NCBI GenBank assembly: GCA_963702475.1
Contig: CAVPCT010000005.1
Coordinates: forward strand, 992,001-1,056,000
DNA: 64,000 bases
Source of the DNA: an uncultured Thermoleophilia bacterium
GTDB taxonomy: Bacteria; Actinomycetota; Thermoleophilia; UBA2241
Reading direction: 5' to 3'
Position numbers and translations under genes: made by a program. The notes beneath the pieces are model-generated. The model did not search any database. It was not told where the DNA came from and was given only the letters and a program-made list of their open reading frames with translations. Positions 8,265 to 20,400 of this stretch are shown one piece after another (the first letter of the stretch is position 1; each line of letters starts with the position of its first letter).

Positions 8265-9629
8265 TCACATGCGCGTCGCGGCGGGCCGCAACAGCTCAGC
8301 GACCTGGAAAGCCACGTCGAGCGACTGCCGCGCGTTCAGCCGCGGGTCGCACAGCGTGTCGTAGCGGCAGCCGAGCTCGCTCTCGGCGACTGGCTCCGCG
8401 CCGCCGACGCACTCCGTCACATCGTCGCCGGTGAACTCCAGATGCATGCCGCCGGGCCAGACGCTCTGGGCCCGGCACACGCGGAAGAAGCCCAGAAGCT
8501 CGCGCATGATGTCGTCGACCAGGCGCGTCTTCACGCCGGCCTCCGTGAGCCGCGCGTTGCCGTGCATGGGGTCGCACGCCCAGACCACCGGGTGGCCGGA
8601 CTCCTTGACGGCACGCACCAGCGGCGGCAGCAGCTCCTCGACGCGGTCGGCGCCGAGGCGGGCGATGAGCATGAGCCGGCCCGGCTCGCGCTCGGGGTCG
8701 AGGCGCTCACAGAGCGCCACGAGCTCCTCGGCGGTGCAGGCCGGCCCGAACTTGCAGCCCAGCGGGTTCTGCACGCCGGCGAAGAACTCCACGTGCGCAC
8801 CGTCGAGGGTCCGCGTGCGCTCGCCGATCCACAGCAGGTGAGCCGAGCAGTCGTACCACCGCCCCGTGAGGCTGTCACGCCGCGAGAGGCTCTCCTCGTA
8901 GGGCAGGACGAGGCCCTCGTGGCTGGTCCACAGGTCGACCTCGTGCAGCGTGTGCTCGCGCTGCAGGTCGATGCCGCAGGCGGCCATGAAGCGGAGCGCG
9001 TCCTCGATGCCCAGGGCGATCCTCTCGTACCGCCGGCCCACCGGCGACTGGGCGACGAACTCCTGGTTCCACACGTGGACCTGGGTGAGGTCGGCGAACC
9101 CGCCTTTGGTGAAGGCGCGCAGCAGGTTGAGTCGCGAGGCCGACTGGTTGTAGGCCATGAGCATGCGCTGAGGATCGGCGACGCGCGCCTCGGGGGTCGG
9201 TGCGTCGTCGTTCACCATGTGCCCGCGGAACGAGGGCAGCTCCAGGTCGCCCACGCGCTCGACGGGGCTGGATCGCGGCTTGGCGAACTGCCCGGCCACG
9301 CGCCCGAGCTTGACGACCGGCAGGGCCGCGCCGTAAGTGAGCACGGTCGCCATCTGCAGCATGATCTTGAGGTTGTCGCGGATGCGCGGCGCCGTGAGAT
9401 CGCGGAACGACTCGGCGCAGTCGCCGACGTGGAGCAGGAACGACTGGCCCAGGGCGACGCGAGCGAGCGCGGCCTTGAGCTGCCGAGCCTCTCCCGCGAA
9501 CACCAGCGGGGGCAGCGCCTTGAGCTCGGCCTGCACCGCGGCCAGCGCGGCCTCGTCGGGCCAGTCGGGCTGCTGCGCCGCCTCGAACTCCCGCCACGAG
9601 GCGGGCGTCCACTCCTCACGCCTGTCCAC
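8265..9629 (-). CDS. Class II DAHP (3-deoxy-7-phosphoheptulonate) synthase
   Basis: GDCAESF, GRVAGQFAKPRS, WIGERTR, CDPMHGN, CDPRLN. Confidence 0.96.
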   Translation of the reverse strand: MDRREEWTPASWREFEAAQQPDWPDEAALAAVQAELKALPPLVFAGEARQLKAALARVALGQSFLLHVGDCAESFRDLTAPRIRDNLKIMLQMATVLTYGAALPVVKLGRVAGQFAKPRSSPVERVGDLELPSFRGHMVNDDAPTPEARVADPQRMLMAYNQSASRLNLLRAFTKGGFADLTQVHVWNQEFVAQSPVGRRYERIALGIEDALRFMAACGIDLQREHTLHEVDLWTSHEGLVLPYEESLSRRDSLTGRWYDCSAHLLWIGERTRTLDGAHVEFFAGVQNPLGCKFGPACTAEELVALCERLDPEREPGRLMLIARLGADRVEELLPPLVRAVKESGHPVVWACDPMHGNARLTEAGVKTRLVDDIMRELLGFFRVCRAQSVWPGGMHLEFTGDDVTECVGGAEPVAESELGCRYDTLCDPRLNARQSLDVAFQVAELLRPAATRM

Positions 9630-9727
9630 TGCACACTCCCCGGGCGTCCGCCGCCCTCTGCTCTCCGGACTCTCCGCCGCGTTCGGCGAGCGTCAATGAT
9701 AGCGCGTCCGACGTGCGTCGGCGCGCT

Positions 9728-10606
9728 TCACCGGCGGGCGTGGAGCGCGGCGGCGCGGCGCGCCGTGCTCTCGTCGCCGAGCTCGCGGCAGAAGGCCTCG
9801 AGCTCGGCGCCTGGGCCGCGCCACTCGAGGTCGGCGACGTCCTCCGGCTGCGGGACGTCGTCGCGCAGCGTCGCGAGGCGCCGGTAGAGCAGGGCCTCTT
9901 CGCGGTGCGCCTCAAGGCTCTGCACAAGGCGCGCCGCGCGTCCGGCCGGCAGCCCGAGCTCGCGCGGCTCGTGCGGGATCGCTTCGAGGCGCACGAACCG
10001 CGCGAGCACCGCGGCCGCCGACTTGGCCCCCCAGCCCGGCACGCCGGGCAGCCCGTCGGCCGCGTCCCCGACGAGCGCGAGAAAGTCCGGGATGGAAGCG
10101 GGAGCGACGCCGAACTTGGAGCGCACCCCCTCCTCGTCCAGGAAGAGGTCGCGCCGGCGGTCCCAGCACACCACGCGCCGGCCGTCGACCGCCTGCGCGA
10201 GGTCCTTGTCGGGCGAGCAGATCACGACCTGGCGCACGCCGGGCGCGCCGGCGAAGCGGCGCGCGCCCGTCGCCAGGGCATCGTCGGCCTCGAACTCGAC
10301 CATCGGCCACACGACCAGGCCGAGCGCAGCTGCCGCCAGCTCGGCCAGCGGGAACTGCGCCAGCAGCTCGGCCGGCACACCCTCGCTCGTCTTGTAGCCG
10401 GCGAACAGCTCGTTGCGAAACGACTCGACGACGTGGTCGAACGCCACCGCTACGTGCGTCACCTCCGGCGCCGACAGCAGCAGGACGAGGCTCCGCAGGA
10501 GGCCTACGGTCGCGCCGACCTGGCGCCCCTGGGCGTCGGTGCGGGGCGGCGCCCCGAAGTGCGCGCGAAAAAGCTCGTAGGTGCCGTCGACGAGGTGGGT
10601 CTTCAT
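9728..10606 (-). CDS. Stand-alone 5'-3' exonuclease / flap endonuclease (PolA N-terminal-like)
   Basis: MKTHLVDGTYELFRAHF, FEADDALAT, SPDKDLAQ, ALVGDAADGLPGVPGWGAKSA. Confidence 0.93.
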   Translation of the reverse strand: MKTHLVDGTYELFRAHFGAPPRTDAQGRQVGATVGLLRSLVLLLSAPEVTHVAVAFDHVVESFRNELFAGYKTSEGVPAELLAQFPLAELAAAALGLVVWPMVEFEADDALATGARRFAGAPGVRQVVICSPDKDLAQAVDGRRVVCWDRRRDLFLDEEGVRSKFGVAPASIPDFLALVGDAADGLPGVPGWGAKSAAAVLARFVRLEAIPHEPRELGLPAGRAARLVQSLEAHREEALLYRRLATLRDDVPQPEDVADLEWRGPGAELEAFCRELGDESTARRAAALHARR

Positions 10607-10693
10607 TGCACGCCTTCTACCCCCTCGGGCGGCGCGCCCACCATACCCGCCGGCGGTTCGCCCGCTCCTCGAACGGTGCGATAGACTTGACGC

Positions 10694-11419
10694 ATGCTCG
10701 CCGACCACCTCACCGCGTGGATCCACGACCAGGTATCCGCCTCCGGCGGGGCCGGCGCCGTGTTCGGCCTCTCCGGTGGCATCGACTCGGCGGTCGTGGC
10801 GGCGCTGGCCAGGCGTGCCTTCCCTCACCACACCCTGGGCGTGCTCATGCCCTGTCACAGTGCCTCGCGCGACGCTGAAGACGCCATGCTCGTGGCGCAC
10901 CACTTCGGCGTCCCGACCTCCACCGTGGACCTCGCCGGCGTCTACGACCTGCTCCTGGCCGAGCTCGCCTCCTGCTGCTCGGACATGGGCATGAGCCGCA
11001 TGACCGACGCCAACCTCAAGCCGCGCCTGCGGATGACCACGCTGTACGCGTTCGCCAACCAGTTGGACTATCGGGTGCTGGGCACCGGCAACCGCGCGGA
11101 GCTCACCGTCGGCTACTTCACCAAGTTCGGCGACGGCGGCTGCGACCTGCTGCCGCTCGGCAGCCTCGTCAAGGGCGAGGTACGCGAGCTGGCGCGCGAG
11201 CTCGGCGTGCCGGCCGCGGTCATCGACAAGCCCCCGTCGGCCGGCCTCTGGGCCGACCAGACCGACGAGGGCGAGATGGGTCTCACGTACGAGGAGCTCG
11301 ATGCCTACGTGCTCACGGGCGCGGCGTCGCCTGCCGTCAAGGCCAAGGTCGACGCCATGAACGCCGCCAGCGAGCACAAGCGCGCGCTCCCCCGCATCGC
11401 CCCCAAGCCCGGCGCCTGA
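10694..11419 (+). CDS. nadE: NH3-dependent NAD+ synthetase
   Basis: GLSGGIDSAVV, NLKPRLRM, GYFTKFGDGG, PSAGLWADQTDE; no glutaminase domain. Confidence 0.96.
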   Translation: MLADHLTAWIHDQVSASGGAGAVFGLSGGIDSAVVAALARRAFPHHTLGVLMPCHSASRDAEDAMLVAHHFGVPTSTVDLAGVYDLLLAELASCCSDMGMSRMTDANLKPRLRMTTLYAFANQLDYRVLGTGNRAELTVGYFTKFGDGGCDLLPLGSLVKGEVRELARELGVPAAVIDKPPSAGLWADQTDEGEMGLTYEELDAYVLTGAASPAVKAKVDAMNAASEHKRALPRIAPKPGA

Positions 11420-11566
11420 GGAGGCAGCCGCCCGCAGGCGGCCAGGGTGCGGCGGCACGCGCTGAGGCCTGCACAGGCCATCCGGCGCGCTCGCGAAGCG
11501 GTCCCACAGGCCCTCCCCGCCGCACGTCTGCTACACTGATTCGCCGTCGTTTTGGAGGTAAGGACC

Positions 11567-12819
<1,253 letters not shown>

Positions 12820-12820
<1 letters not shown>

Positions 12821-13839
12821 TGGCCGGCGACGGCTACAGGGTAGCCATCGCCGGCGCGACCGGCGTCGTCGGCGGCACCGTCCGCCGCATCCTCGAGGAG
12901 CGCGACTTCCCGGTCGCCGAACTGCGCCTGCTGGCCAGCGCACGCTCTGCCGGCCGCACGCTGCCGTACAAGGGGGCCGAGGTCCGGGTACAGCGGCTCG
13001 GTCCCGGCTCGTTCGACGGCGTCGACCTCGTGTTCTTCGCCGCCGGCGGCTCCGTGAGCACCGAGTTCGTGCCCCAGGCCGTGGCCGCCGGGGCCACCGT
13101 CATCGACAAGTCCAGCGTGTTCCGCCAGGACCCGATGGTGCCGCTCGTGGTGCCCGAAGTGAACCCCGATGCGCTGGCCGCCAACACCGGCATCATCGCC
13201 ACGCCCAACTGCTCGACCATCCAGATGGTGGTGGCCCTCAAGCCGATCTACGACGCGGCCGGCATCAAGCGCGTCGTCGTGAGCACCTACCAGGCCGTCT
13301 CCGGCAGCGGCCAGGGCGGCATCGCGGCCCTGGACGCGCAGGCGCGGCAGTGGGCCGCCGGCGAGCCGGTCCAGCAGCAGTTCTATCCGCACCAGATCGC
13401 CTTCAACGCGCTGCCGCACATCGACGGTTTCCTGCCCTCCGGCGCTACCAAGGAAGAGCAGAAGATGGTCGATGAGACGGTCAAGATCTTCGCCGACCCG
13501 GACCTGAAGGTGACGGCCACCTGCGTGCGCGTGCCGGTGTTCGGCGCGCACAGCGAGGCCGTCAACGTCGAGACCCGGAGCAAGCTGAGCGCGGCCGAGG
13601 CCAGAGAGCTGCTCGCGGCCGCGCCGGGCGTGGAGGTCGTGGACGACCCGGCCGAGCTCCGCTACCCGCTGCCGCTCGACGCCGAGGGCAGGGACCCGGT
13701 CTACGTCGGCCGCATCCGCGAGGACGTCACCGTGGACAACGGCCTCGACATGTGGGTCGTGGCGGACAACCTGCGCAAGGGCGCGGCGCTCAACGCGGTA
13801 CAGATCGCCGAGGAGCTCGTGCGGCGGGGTCTGCTCTGA
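12820..13839 (+). CDS. asd: Aspartate-semialdehyde dehydrogenase
   Basis: GATGVVG, PNCSTIQM, TCVRVPVFGAHSE, DNLRKGAALNAVQIAE; TGATG coupling with lysC. Confidence 0.97.
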
Positions 13840-13891
13840 GGCCGTGACGGGTAGAACCACGCCGTCATGACCCCCCGACAAGGACTCACCT

Positions 13892-14890
13892 GTGCCTGAT
13901 CCGGACACCACCATCCACGACGTCGTCATCGTCGGCGCCGGTCCCGCCGGCCTGACGGCCGGCATCTACGCCAGCCGCGGCCGCCTCGACACCGTCATCC
14001 TCGAGCGCAACATGGCCGGCGGCCAGATCGCCGTCACCGAGCTCGTCGAGAACTACCCCGGCTTCCCCGAGGGCGTCTCGGGCTTCGACCTCTCCGAGAA
14101 GATGAAGGAGCAGGCCCTCAAGTTCGGCGCCGACCTGCGCGAGATCCAGGCGGTCGGCGGGCTCGAGCGCGACCCGCTGCAGGACGCCTGGGCCGTGCAG
14201 ACCGACCAGGGTCCGGTGCTCGGCCGGGCGGTCATCCTGGCGCCCGGCCGCGAGCCGCGCCGCTCGGGCATCCCCGGCGAGGCCGAGTTCATCGGCCGCG
14301 GCGTGAGCTGGTGCGCCACCTGTGACGGCGCGCTGTATCGCGACCGCGTCGTGGCCGTGGTCGGCGGCGGCGACTCCGCCGTGGAGGAGGGCATGTTCCT
14401 CGCCAAGTTCGCCAGCAAGGTGTACCTGGTGCACCGGCGCCGCGAGCTGCGCGCCGCCGCCATCGCACAGGAGCGCTGCTTCGCCAACGACAAGTTCGAG
14501 TTCGTCTGGGACTCGGTGCCGCACAAGATCGACGGCGCCGAGATGGTCGAGGCGCTCGAGGTGAAGAACGTCAAGACCGGCGAGGTCACCGCGCTGCCGG
14601 TGAACGGCGTGTTCATGTACATCGGGCAACTCCCCAACACCGACTGGCTCAAGGGTGTCGTGGAGCTCGACGAGTCAGGCTACATCGTGGCCGACGAAGA
14701 CATGCGCACCAGCCAGCCGGGGGTGTACGCGGCCGGCGACGCCGTCGTGAGCGAGCTCAAGCAGATCGCCATGGCCACCGGCCAGGGGGCGCTCGCGGCC
14801 GTCCAGGCGGAGAAGTACCTGGACGCGCTCTCGTGCCCCATGCCGAACCCGGGCGCCGCGGCCGGCGACAGCGCCGCCGCGGCCGTCTGA
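13892..14890 (+). CDS. trxB: Thioredoxin-disulfide reductase
   Basis: GAGPAGLTA, CATCDG, GGGDSAVEE, HRR. Confidence 0.96.
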   Translation: MPDPDTTIHDVVIVGAGPAGLTAGIYASRGRLDTVILERNMAGGQIAVTELVENYPGFPEGVSGFDLSEKMKEQALKFGADLREIQAVGGLERDPLQDAWAVQTDQGPVLGRAVILAPGREPRRSGIPGEAEFIGRGVSWCATCDGALYRDRVVAVVGGGDSAVEEGMFLAKFASKVYLVHRRRELRAAAIAQERCFANDKFEFVWDSVPHKIDGAEMVEALEVKNVKTGEVTALPVNGVFMYIGQLPNTDWLKGVVELDESGYIVADEDMRTSQPGVYAAGDAVVSELKQIAMATGQGALAAVQAEKYLDALSCPMPNPGAAAGDSAAAAV

Positions 14891-14915
14891 TCAGTCACGG
14901 AGGAGGAGGAAGACC

Positions 14916-15230
14916 GTGGATGCCGTCTCACAGGACGACTTCGAGGCCAAGGTCATCAAGGCGCCGGGCAAGGTGCTGGTGGATTTCTGGGCCGAGTGGT
15001 GCGGCCCGTGCCGCATGATCGGCCCGGTGCTCGAGGAGATCGCCGGCGACCACCCCCAGGTGGTGTTCCTCAAGCTCAACGTGGACGAGTCGCCCGAGGT
15101 GGCGCAGCAGTTCAACGTGATGAACATCCCCAGCATCCTCGCCTTCGAGGGCGGGGAGCTCAAGCAGCGCATCGTGGGCGCCATGCCCAAGGCCAAGCTC
15201 GTCGAAGAACTGGAGCCGTTCCTGGGCTGA
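14916..15230 (+). CDS. trxA: Thioredoxin
   Basis: WCGPC active site; GGAGGAGG RBS. Confidence 0.97.
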   Translation: MDAVSQDDFEAKVIKAPGKVLVDFWAEWCGPCRMIGPVLEEIAGDHPQVVFLKLNVDESPEVAQQFNVMNIPSILAFEGGELKQRIVGAMPKAKLVEELEPFLG

Positions 15231-15260
15231 GCCCCGGAAGACAGCACGAGCCAGACGCGC

Positions 15261-15287
15261 GACGGGCGGCCCGCTGGGCCGCCCGTC
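15261..15287. terminator. Hairpin after trxA between convergent genes
   Basis: GACGGGCGGCCC-GCT-GGGCCGCCCGTC. Confidence 0.6.
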
Positions 15288-15350
15288 CTCGTTGAGCGGC
15301 CGGCCGGTGTCCCGACCGCGACCGACGAGAGCGGCCGCACCGGCGCTACG

Positions 15351-16757
15351 TCACCAGAGGCCGCCGGCCGCGAGCAGCTCGCCGACCGAGACGGGCTCGA
15401 GACCCTTGGCCCGCAGACCCTTCACGATGGCCGGGATGGCCTTCTGCGTGTTCCACTCCGTGTGCATGCAGATGATGCTGCCCGGCCCGGCGCCGTCCAC
15501 GGCGCGCCGCGCTATCTCCGCCGGCGGCGCGCCGGTCCAGTCGCCGGTGTCCACGTCCCAGTTGACGACGAACGGGTAGCCGGCGCTGCCGGCCGCCTTG
15601 ATCGTCGTCTCGTTGTACGACCCGTACGGCGGCCGGAACAGCGGCGCCGGGATGGCACGGCACGCCTCCCACCACGTGTCGGCGTTGTCCAGCAACTGCG
15701 TGCGCGCCTGCTCGTAGGAGACAGTCTGGAAGTCCGGGTGGTCGTAGGAGTGGTTGCCGAGCTCCATGCCCAGCTCCAGCGCCTCGCGCGCCACCTCGGG
15801 GTACTTGCTCACGCTCTGCCCGGTGCAGAAGAAGGTGCCCTTCACGCCGAGCTTGTCCAGCGCCCGGATGATGTGCCGCCAGGCGTAGCCGGAGCCGCCG
15901 TCGAAGCTGAGAGCGACCTTCTTGCCGGCGTCAGGGACGTCGAGGATCAGCTTCGCGTCGCGGGGCGCCTCGCAGGCGATGTGCACCGTGGAGCTGGTCT
16001 CGTTGCCGGCGGGGTCGGTGGCCGTCACTACGAAGCGGTACGTGCCGGGGAACAGGGCGCCGCCGTCTTCGCTCCTCGCCGCCCAGGAGATGTCCTCGGC
16101 ACCGGCCGCCGGGTGCGGCGAGCCCTGCTCGCCGGTCCGACGGCCGAGCGCGTCAAGAACGGCCCAGGTCACGGTCACGCCCTTCTCGGCCGGGACGCGG
16201 TAGGCCAGCTTGAGCTGTGCCGGGCCGTCGATGCGCTCGGGCTTCGCGGTGATCCAGGTGATGTCCGGCGCCGCGGTGTCGACCACCACCGTCAACTTCA
16301 CCGTCGACCCGCCGTCCGCGGCGCGGACCTCCATGACGTGCTCCCCGTCGCGGCTGTGGTCTTTGGGGGCCTCCACGTAGGCGAGCTTGCCTGTGTGCCA
16401 CTCCCCGCCGTCCACGCGCCACCGCGCCACGGCGGGCTCGCCGCCTTCGGCGGTGAACCGCACCAGCACCTTGCCGTCGTGGCGCTCCTTCTCGGTCGCG
16501 ATGGTGATGCCCGAGACGGTGGCGGTGGTCGTCGCGCCCGGCACGCCGCTGCTGCCCTCGGCCGTAGCGCCGCCGCCCGGCCAGGGCAGGCCGAGGTGGC
16601 CGAACCACGGCACGGCCACGAGGACCCCGATCACGACCGCGGCGACCGCGGCGAGAGCGAGCACGCGGGGCCACACGCTGCGGCGCCTGCGGCGCCTGCG
16701 CGGCGGACGCCCGGCCGGCGCCGGCTGCCCGGCGCGGTAGTAGTGGACCTCGCTCAA
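15351..16757 (-). CDS. Membrane-anchored polysaccharide deacetylase (NodB/CE4) with Ig/FlgD-like domains
   Basis: Arg-rich N-terminus plus TM helix; VALSFDGG, GNHSYDH, FRPPYG, WDVDTGDW, ICMH; TTG start overlaps upstream stop. Confidence 0.88.
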   Translation of the reverse strand: MSEVHYYRAGQPAPAGRPPRRRRRRRSVWPRVLALAAVAAVVIGVLVAVPWFGHLGLPWPGGGATAEGSSGVPGATTTATVSGITIATEKERHDGKVLVRFTAEGGEPAVARWRVDGGEWHTGKLAYVEAPKDHSRDGEHVMEVRAADGGSTVKLTVVVDTAAPDITWITAKPERIDGPAQLKLAYRVPAEKGVTVTWAVLDALGRRTGEQGSPHPAAGAEDISWAARSEDGGALFPGTYRFVVTATDPAGNETSSTVHIACEAPRDAKLILDVPDAGKKVALSFDGGSGYAWRHIIRALDKLGVKGTFFCTGQSVSKYPEVAREALELGMELGNHSYDHPDFQTVSYEQARTQLLDNADTWWEACRAIPAPLFRPPYGSYNETTIKAAGSAGYPFVVNWDVDTGDWTGAPPAEIARRAVDGAGPGSIICMHTEWNTQKAIPAIVKGLRAKGLEPVSVGELLAAGGLW

Positions 16758-17468
16758 GCGGGCTCCAGGCGCACGCCCACCACGTCGTAGCTGAACGACA
16801 CCAGCCTGTCGGAGAACGCGACGTCCATGCGCGCCTGCACATCCACCGGCAGGCTCTTGAAGCGGTCGCGGATGAGAGCCACCTTGGGCGGCGGCACGGC
16901 TGCCGCCTGCAGCCAGTAGTCCAGCTCGAGTGGTGCGGCGGGCGCGGCCCCGCCGCGCGACCCGCAGGCCTGCGGCCGCCGCGAGCTCCTCGATCTCCTC
17001 CGGCCGGTAGTGTCGCCGGTGCGCCGGCTCGCGCAGGCGGGCCAGATCGTTGTAGGCCCTGTCGGTGACTTCATCGACGACGGGGTCGACGATGACGATG
17101 CGCCCGCCGCTGCTCACCACGCGCAGCAGTTCGGCGAGCGCGGCGACGGGCTCCGGCAGGCGGTGGAACGCATTGCGGCAGACCACCAGGCTGAACGAGC
17201 CGTCCTCGTACGGCAGGGCGTAGAGATCGGCCAGCGTGAACGACACGTTGCCCAGTCCCAGCTCCCCCGCCAGACGGCGGCCTTCGTCGAGCATGTCGGG
17301 CAGCTCATCGGCGGCCTCGACGCTGCGCACCTCGGGGGCCACGGCGAAGCCGGCGATGCCGGCCGCGCAGGCGTAGTCGAGCACGGTGTCGTGCGACGTG
17401 GGCCGCGCGAGGTCGACCAACAGGTCCAGCGTCGCGTCACGCATCTGCTCCACGCCGTCTCCCTTCAT
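16754..17468 (-). CDS. Class I SAM-dependent methyltransferase (1-bp frameshift near 16930)
   Basis: VLDYACAAG, LPYEDGSFSLVVCRNAFHRLP; the C-terminus ELDYWLQ...VRLEPA is in the adjacent frame (ORF 16754..17074). Confidence 0.8.
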
Positions 17469-17494
17469 CGCCGCCGCGGGGAGCCGCTCGTACC

Positions 17495-20400
17495 TCAGGC
17501 TGGGGTCCCCGAGAATATGGTACCCGTCACACTGAGGCCGATGACCACATCGTGACCCTCCACGCGCGCCGTCTCGCGGTGCTCGCCGGCAGCTTCGCCG
17601 ACGAGCAGCTCCGTGGCGAGCGTCTCGGCGCGCAGCGCGTCGGCGTGGCGCTCCACGACGCCGGCGAGCCCGTCGGGGACGACCAGCGCGAGCCTGACGG
17701 TATCTTCGATGCGCAGGCCCGCGTTCTTGCGCGCGAGCTGCACTGCGTGCACGAGCTCGCGCGCCACGCCCTCCTCGCGGAGGGCCTCGTCCACGGTGGT
17801 CGCCAGAGCGACCGTGCGGCCACCCTCGGACTCGACCTGGTAGCCCTCCGGCGAGCCGGTCTCGATGAGAAGGTCGTCCTCCACGAGACTGACCTCGCCG
17901 TCACCGGCCGACAGCGTGACGGAGCCGGCGCTCCTGAGCTCGGCGACCAGGGCGGCGGTGTCCGCCTCGCGCAGCACACCCTGCAGCGCGCCGAGCTGCC
18001 TGCCCAGGCGCGGGCCGAGCACCTTGAGGTTCGGCTTCACCGTGTACGCGACGAGCTCGCTCTCGTCACCGGCTAGGCGCAACCTTTTCACGTTGAGCTC
18101 GTCGATGACGACCTCGCGCAGGCGCTCGATCGAGTCGCGCTCGGCCTGCGGCAGCGCGACGACCACCTCGGCCAGCGGCTGACGCGTCTTGACGGCCGCG
18201 GCGTTGCGCGCGGCGCGGCCCATCTCCACGACGCGCCGCGCCGCCGCCATGTCGAACGACACGCCGGCGTCGATGGCCTGCTCGTCCACGACCGGCCAGG
18301 CGCACAGGTGCACGCTCTCCGGCGCCGACGCGTCCGCGCCGCGCACGAGGTTCTGGTACAGCTCCTCGGCCACGAACGGCGTGAACGGCGCCAGGAGCTT
18401 CGTCACGGTGACGAGCGCCTCGTACAGCGTCTGGTAGGCGGCCAGCTTGTCGGCGTCGCTCTCCGACTTCCAGAAGCGACGCCGGCCACGACGCACGTAC
18501 CAGTTGCTGAGGTCGTCGACGAAGCCCTGGATGCGCCGGCAGGTGCCGGTGGCATCGTACGCCTCGAGGCCGTCGGTGACGTCCAGCACCAGACAGTTGA
18601 GCTCGCCGACCAGCCAGCGGTCCATCAGCGGCCGCTCCTCGAGCGGCACCGGCTCCGTCATCGGGTCGAACCCGTCGATGTTCGCGTACACGGTGAAGAA
18701 GCTGTACGTGTTCCAGAGCGTGAGCAGGAACTTGCGCACCACCTCGTCCACCATCTCGGCGCCGAAGCGGCGCGGGCTCCACGGCTGCTGGCTGCTGAAC
18801 ATGAACCAGCGGAAGGCGTCGGCGCCCTGGTGGTCGAGGATGTCGTCGGGCTGGATCACGTTGCCCTTGCTCTTGCTCATCTTCTGGCCCTCGGCGTCGA
18901 GGATGTGCCCCAGGCACAGCACGCGTTTGTACGAGCTGCGGCCCTCGATGAGCGTGGCGACGGCGAGCAGGCTGTAGAACCAGCCGCGGGTCTGGTCGAT
19001 GGCCTCGGCGATGAAGTCGGCCGGAAAGCGCTCGCGGAAGAGCTCCTCGTTCTCGAACGGGTAGTGCCACTGCGCGAACGGCATGGAGCCCGAGTCGAAC
19101 CAGGCGTCGATGACCTCGGCCACGCGGTGCATGCCCTCCCCGCACTCGGGACAGGTGAGGACGACGTCGTCGACGTAAGGCCGGTGCAGCTCGAGGTCGT
19201 CCGGCACCGGCCCGGCCGCCATCTCGCGCAGCTCCGCGATGGACCCGACGCAGTGCAGGTGCCCGTGCTCGCAGCGCCACACGGGCAGCGGCGTACCCCA
19301 GTAGCGGTCGCGGCTCAGGGCCCAGTCGACGTTGCCGGCCAGCCACTCGCCGAAGCGCCCGGTCTTGATGTGCTCGGGGTGCCAGACGACGGCGTCGTTG
19401 GCCTTGAGCAGCTGCTCCTTCATCGCCGTGGTGCGGATGTACCAGGTCTCCTTGGCGTAGTAGAGCAGCGGCGTGTCGCAGCGCCAGCAGAAAGGATAGC
19501 TGTGCTCGTAGGGCTCGACGCCCAGGAGCAGGCCGCGCTGCTTGAGGTCCTCGGTGATGGCCGGGTCGGCGTCCTTGACCCAGACCCCGGCCCACGGCGT
19601 GACCTCGGCGATGAAGCGGCCTTCCAGGTCGACGGCGTTGACCACCGGCAGGTCGTTCTCGAGGCCCACGCGCATGTCCTCCTCGCCGAAGGCGGGAGCT
19701 GTGTGCACGATGCCGGTGCCGTCGGTGGTGGTGACGTAGTCGCCGCCGATGACGAAGTGGGCGCGGCGGTCCGGCGTCATGAAGCCGAACGGCGCCTCGT
19801 AGTCCAGCCCGAGCAGCTCGGCGCCCTTGAGCTCCCTCTCGACGACGGCCTTCTTGCCGAGCACGCCCTCGACCAGGTCGCGAGCAACGATGAAGCGCTC
19901 GCCGCGGCTCTCCACGAGCGCGTACTCAACGTCAGGGTGCACGGCCGCGGCCACGTTGCTGATGAGCGTCCACGGCGTGGTGGTCCAGACGGCGAGCGAG
20001 ACGCCCTTGCCTGGCTCGCCGGTGACCCGCTGAGCCGCCTCCGGCGTCAGCGGGAACCGCACGTAGATGGAGTCCTCGGTGACGTCCTTGTAGCCCTGCG
20101 CGACCTCGTGACTGCTGATGGCCGTGCCGCAGCGCGGGCAGTACGGCACGACCTTGTGACCCTCGTACAGCAGGCCCTTGTCCCAGATCTGCCGCAGCAG
20201 CCACCACACCGTCTCGATGTAGCCGTTGGTGTAGGTGTAGTACGCGTCCTCGAGGTCGACCCAGAAACCGATACGCTCCGTGAAGCGCTCCCATTCCGCC
20301 AGATACGCGGTCACGCTCTCCTTGCAGAGACGGTTGAACTCGGCGACCCCGTACTCCTCGATCTGCTGCTTGCCGTCGATACCCAGGCGGCGCTCCACCT

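Noticed and set aside
11420-11566. Lysine riboswitch upstream of lysC
   Set aside because: A -10 (TACACT) lies ~30 nt from the start, leaving no room, and no consensus elements are seen.
15351-17468. 705-aa methyltransferase-NodB deacetylase fusion in the ORF track
   Set aside because: A single extra base near 16930 shifts the methyltransferase into the next gene; its true C-terminus is in ORF 16754..17074 and the deacetylase has its own start and TM anchor.
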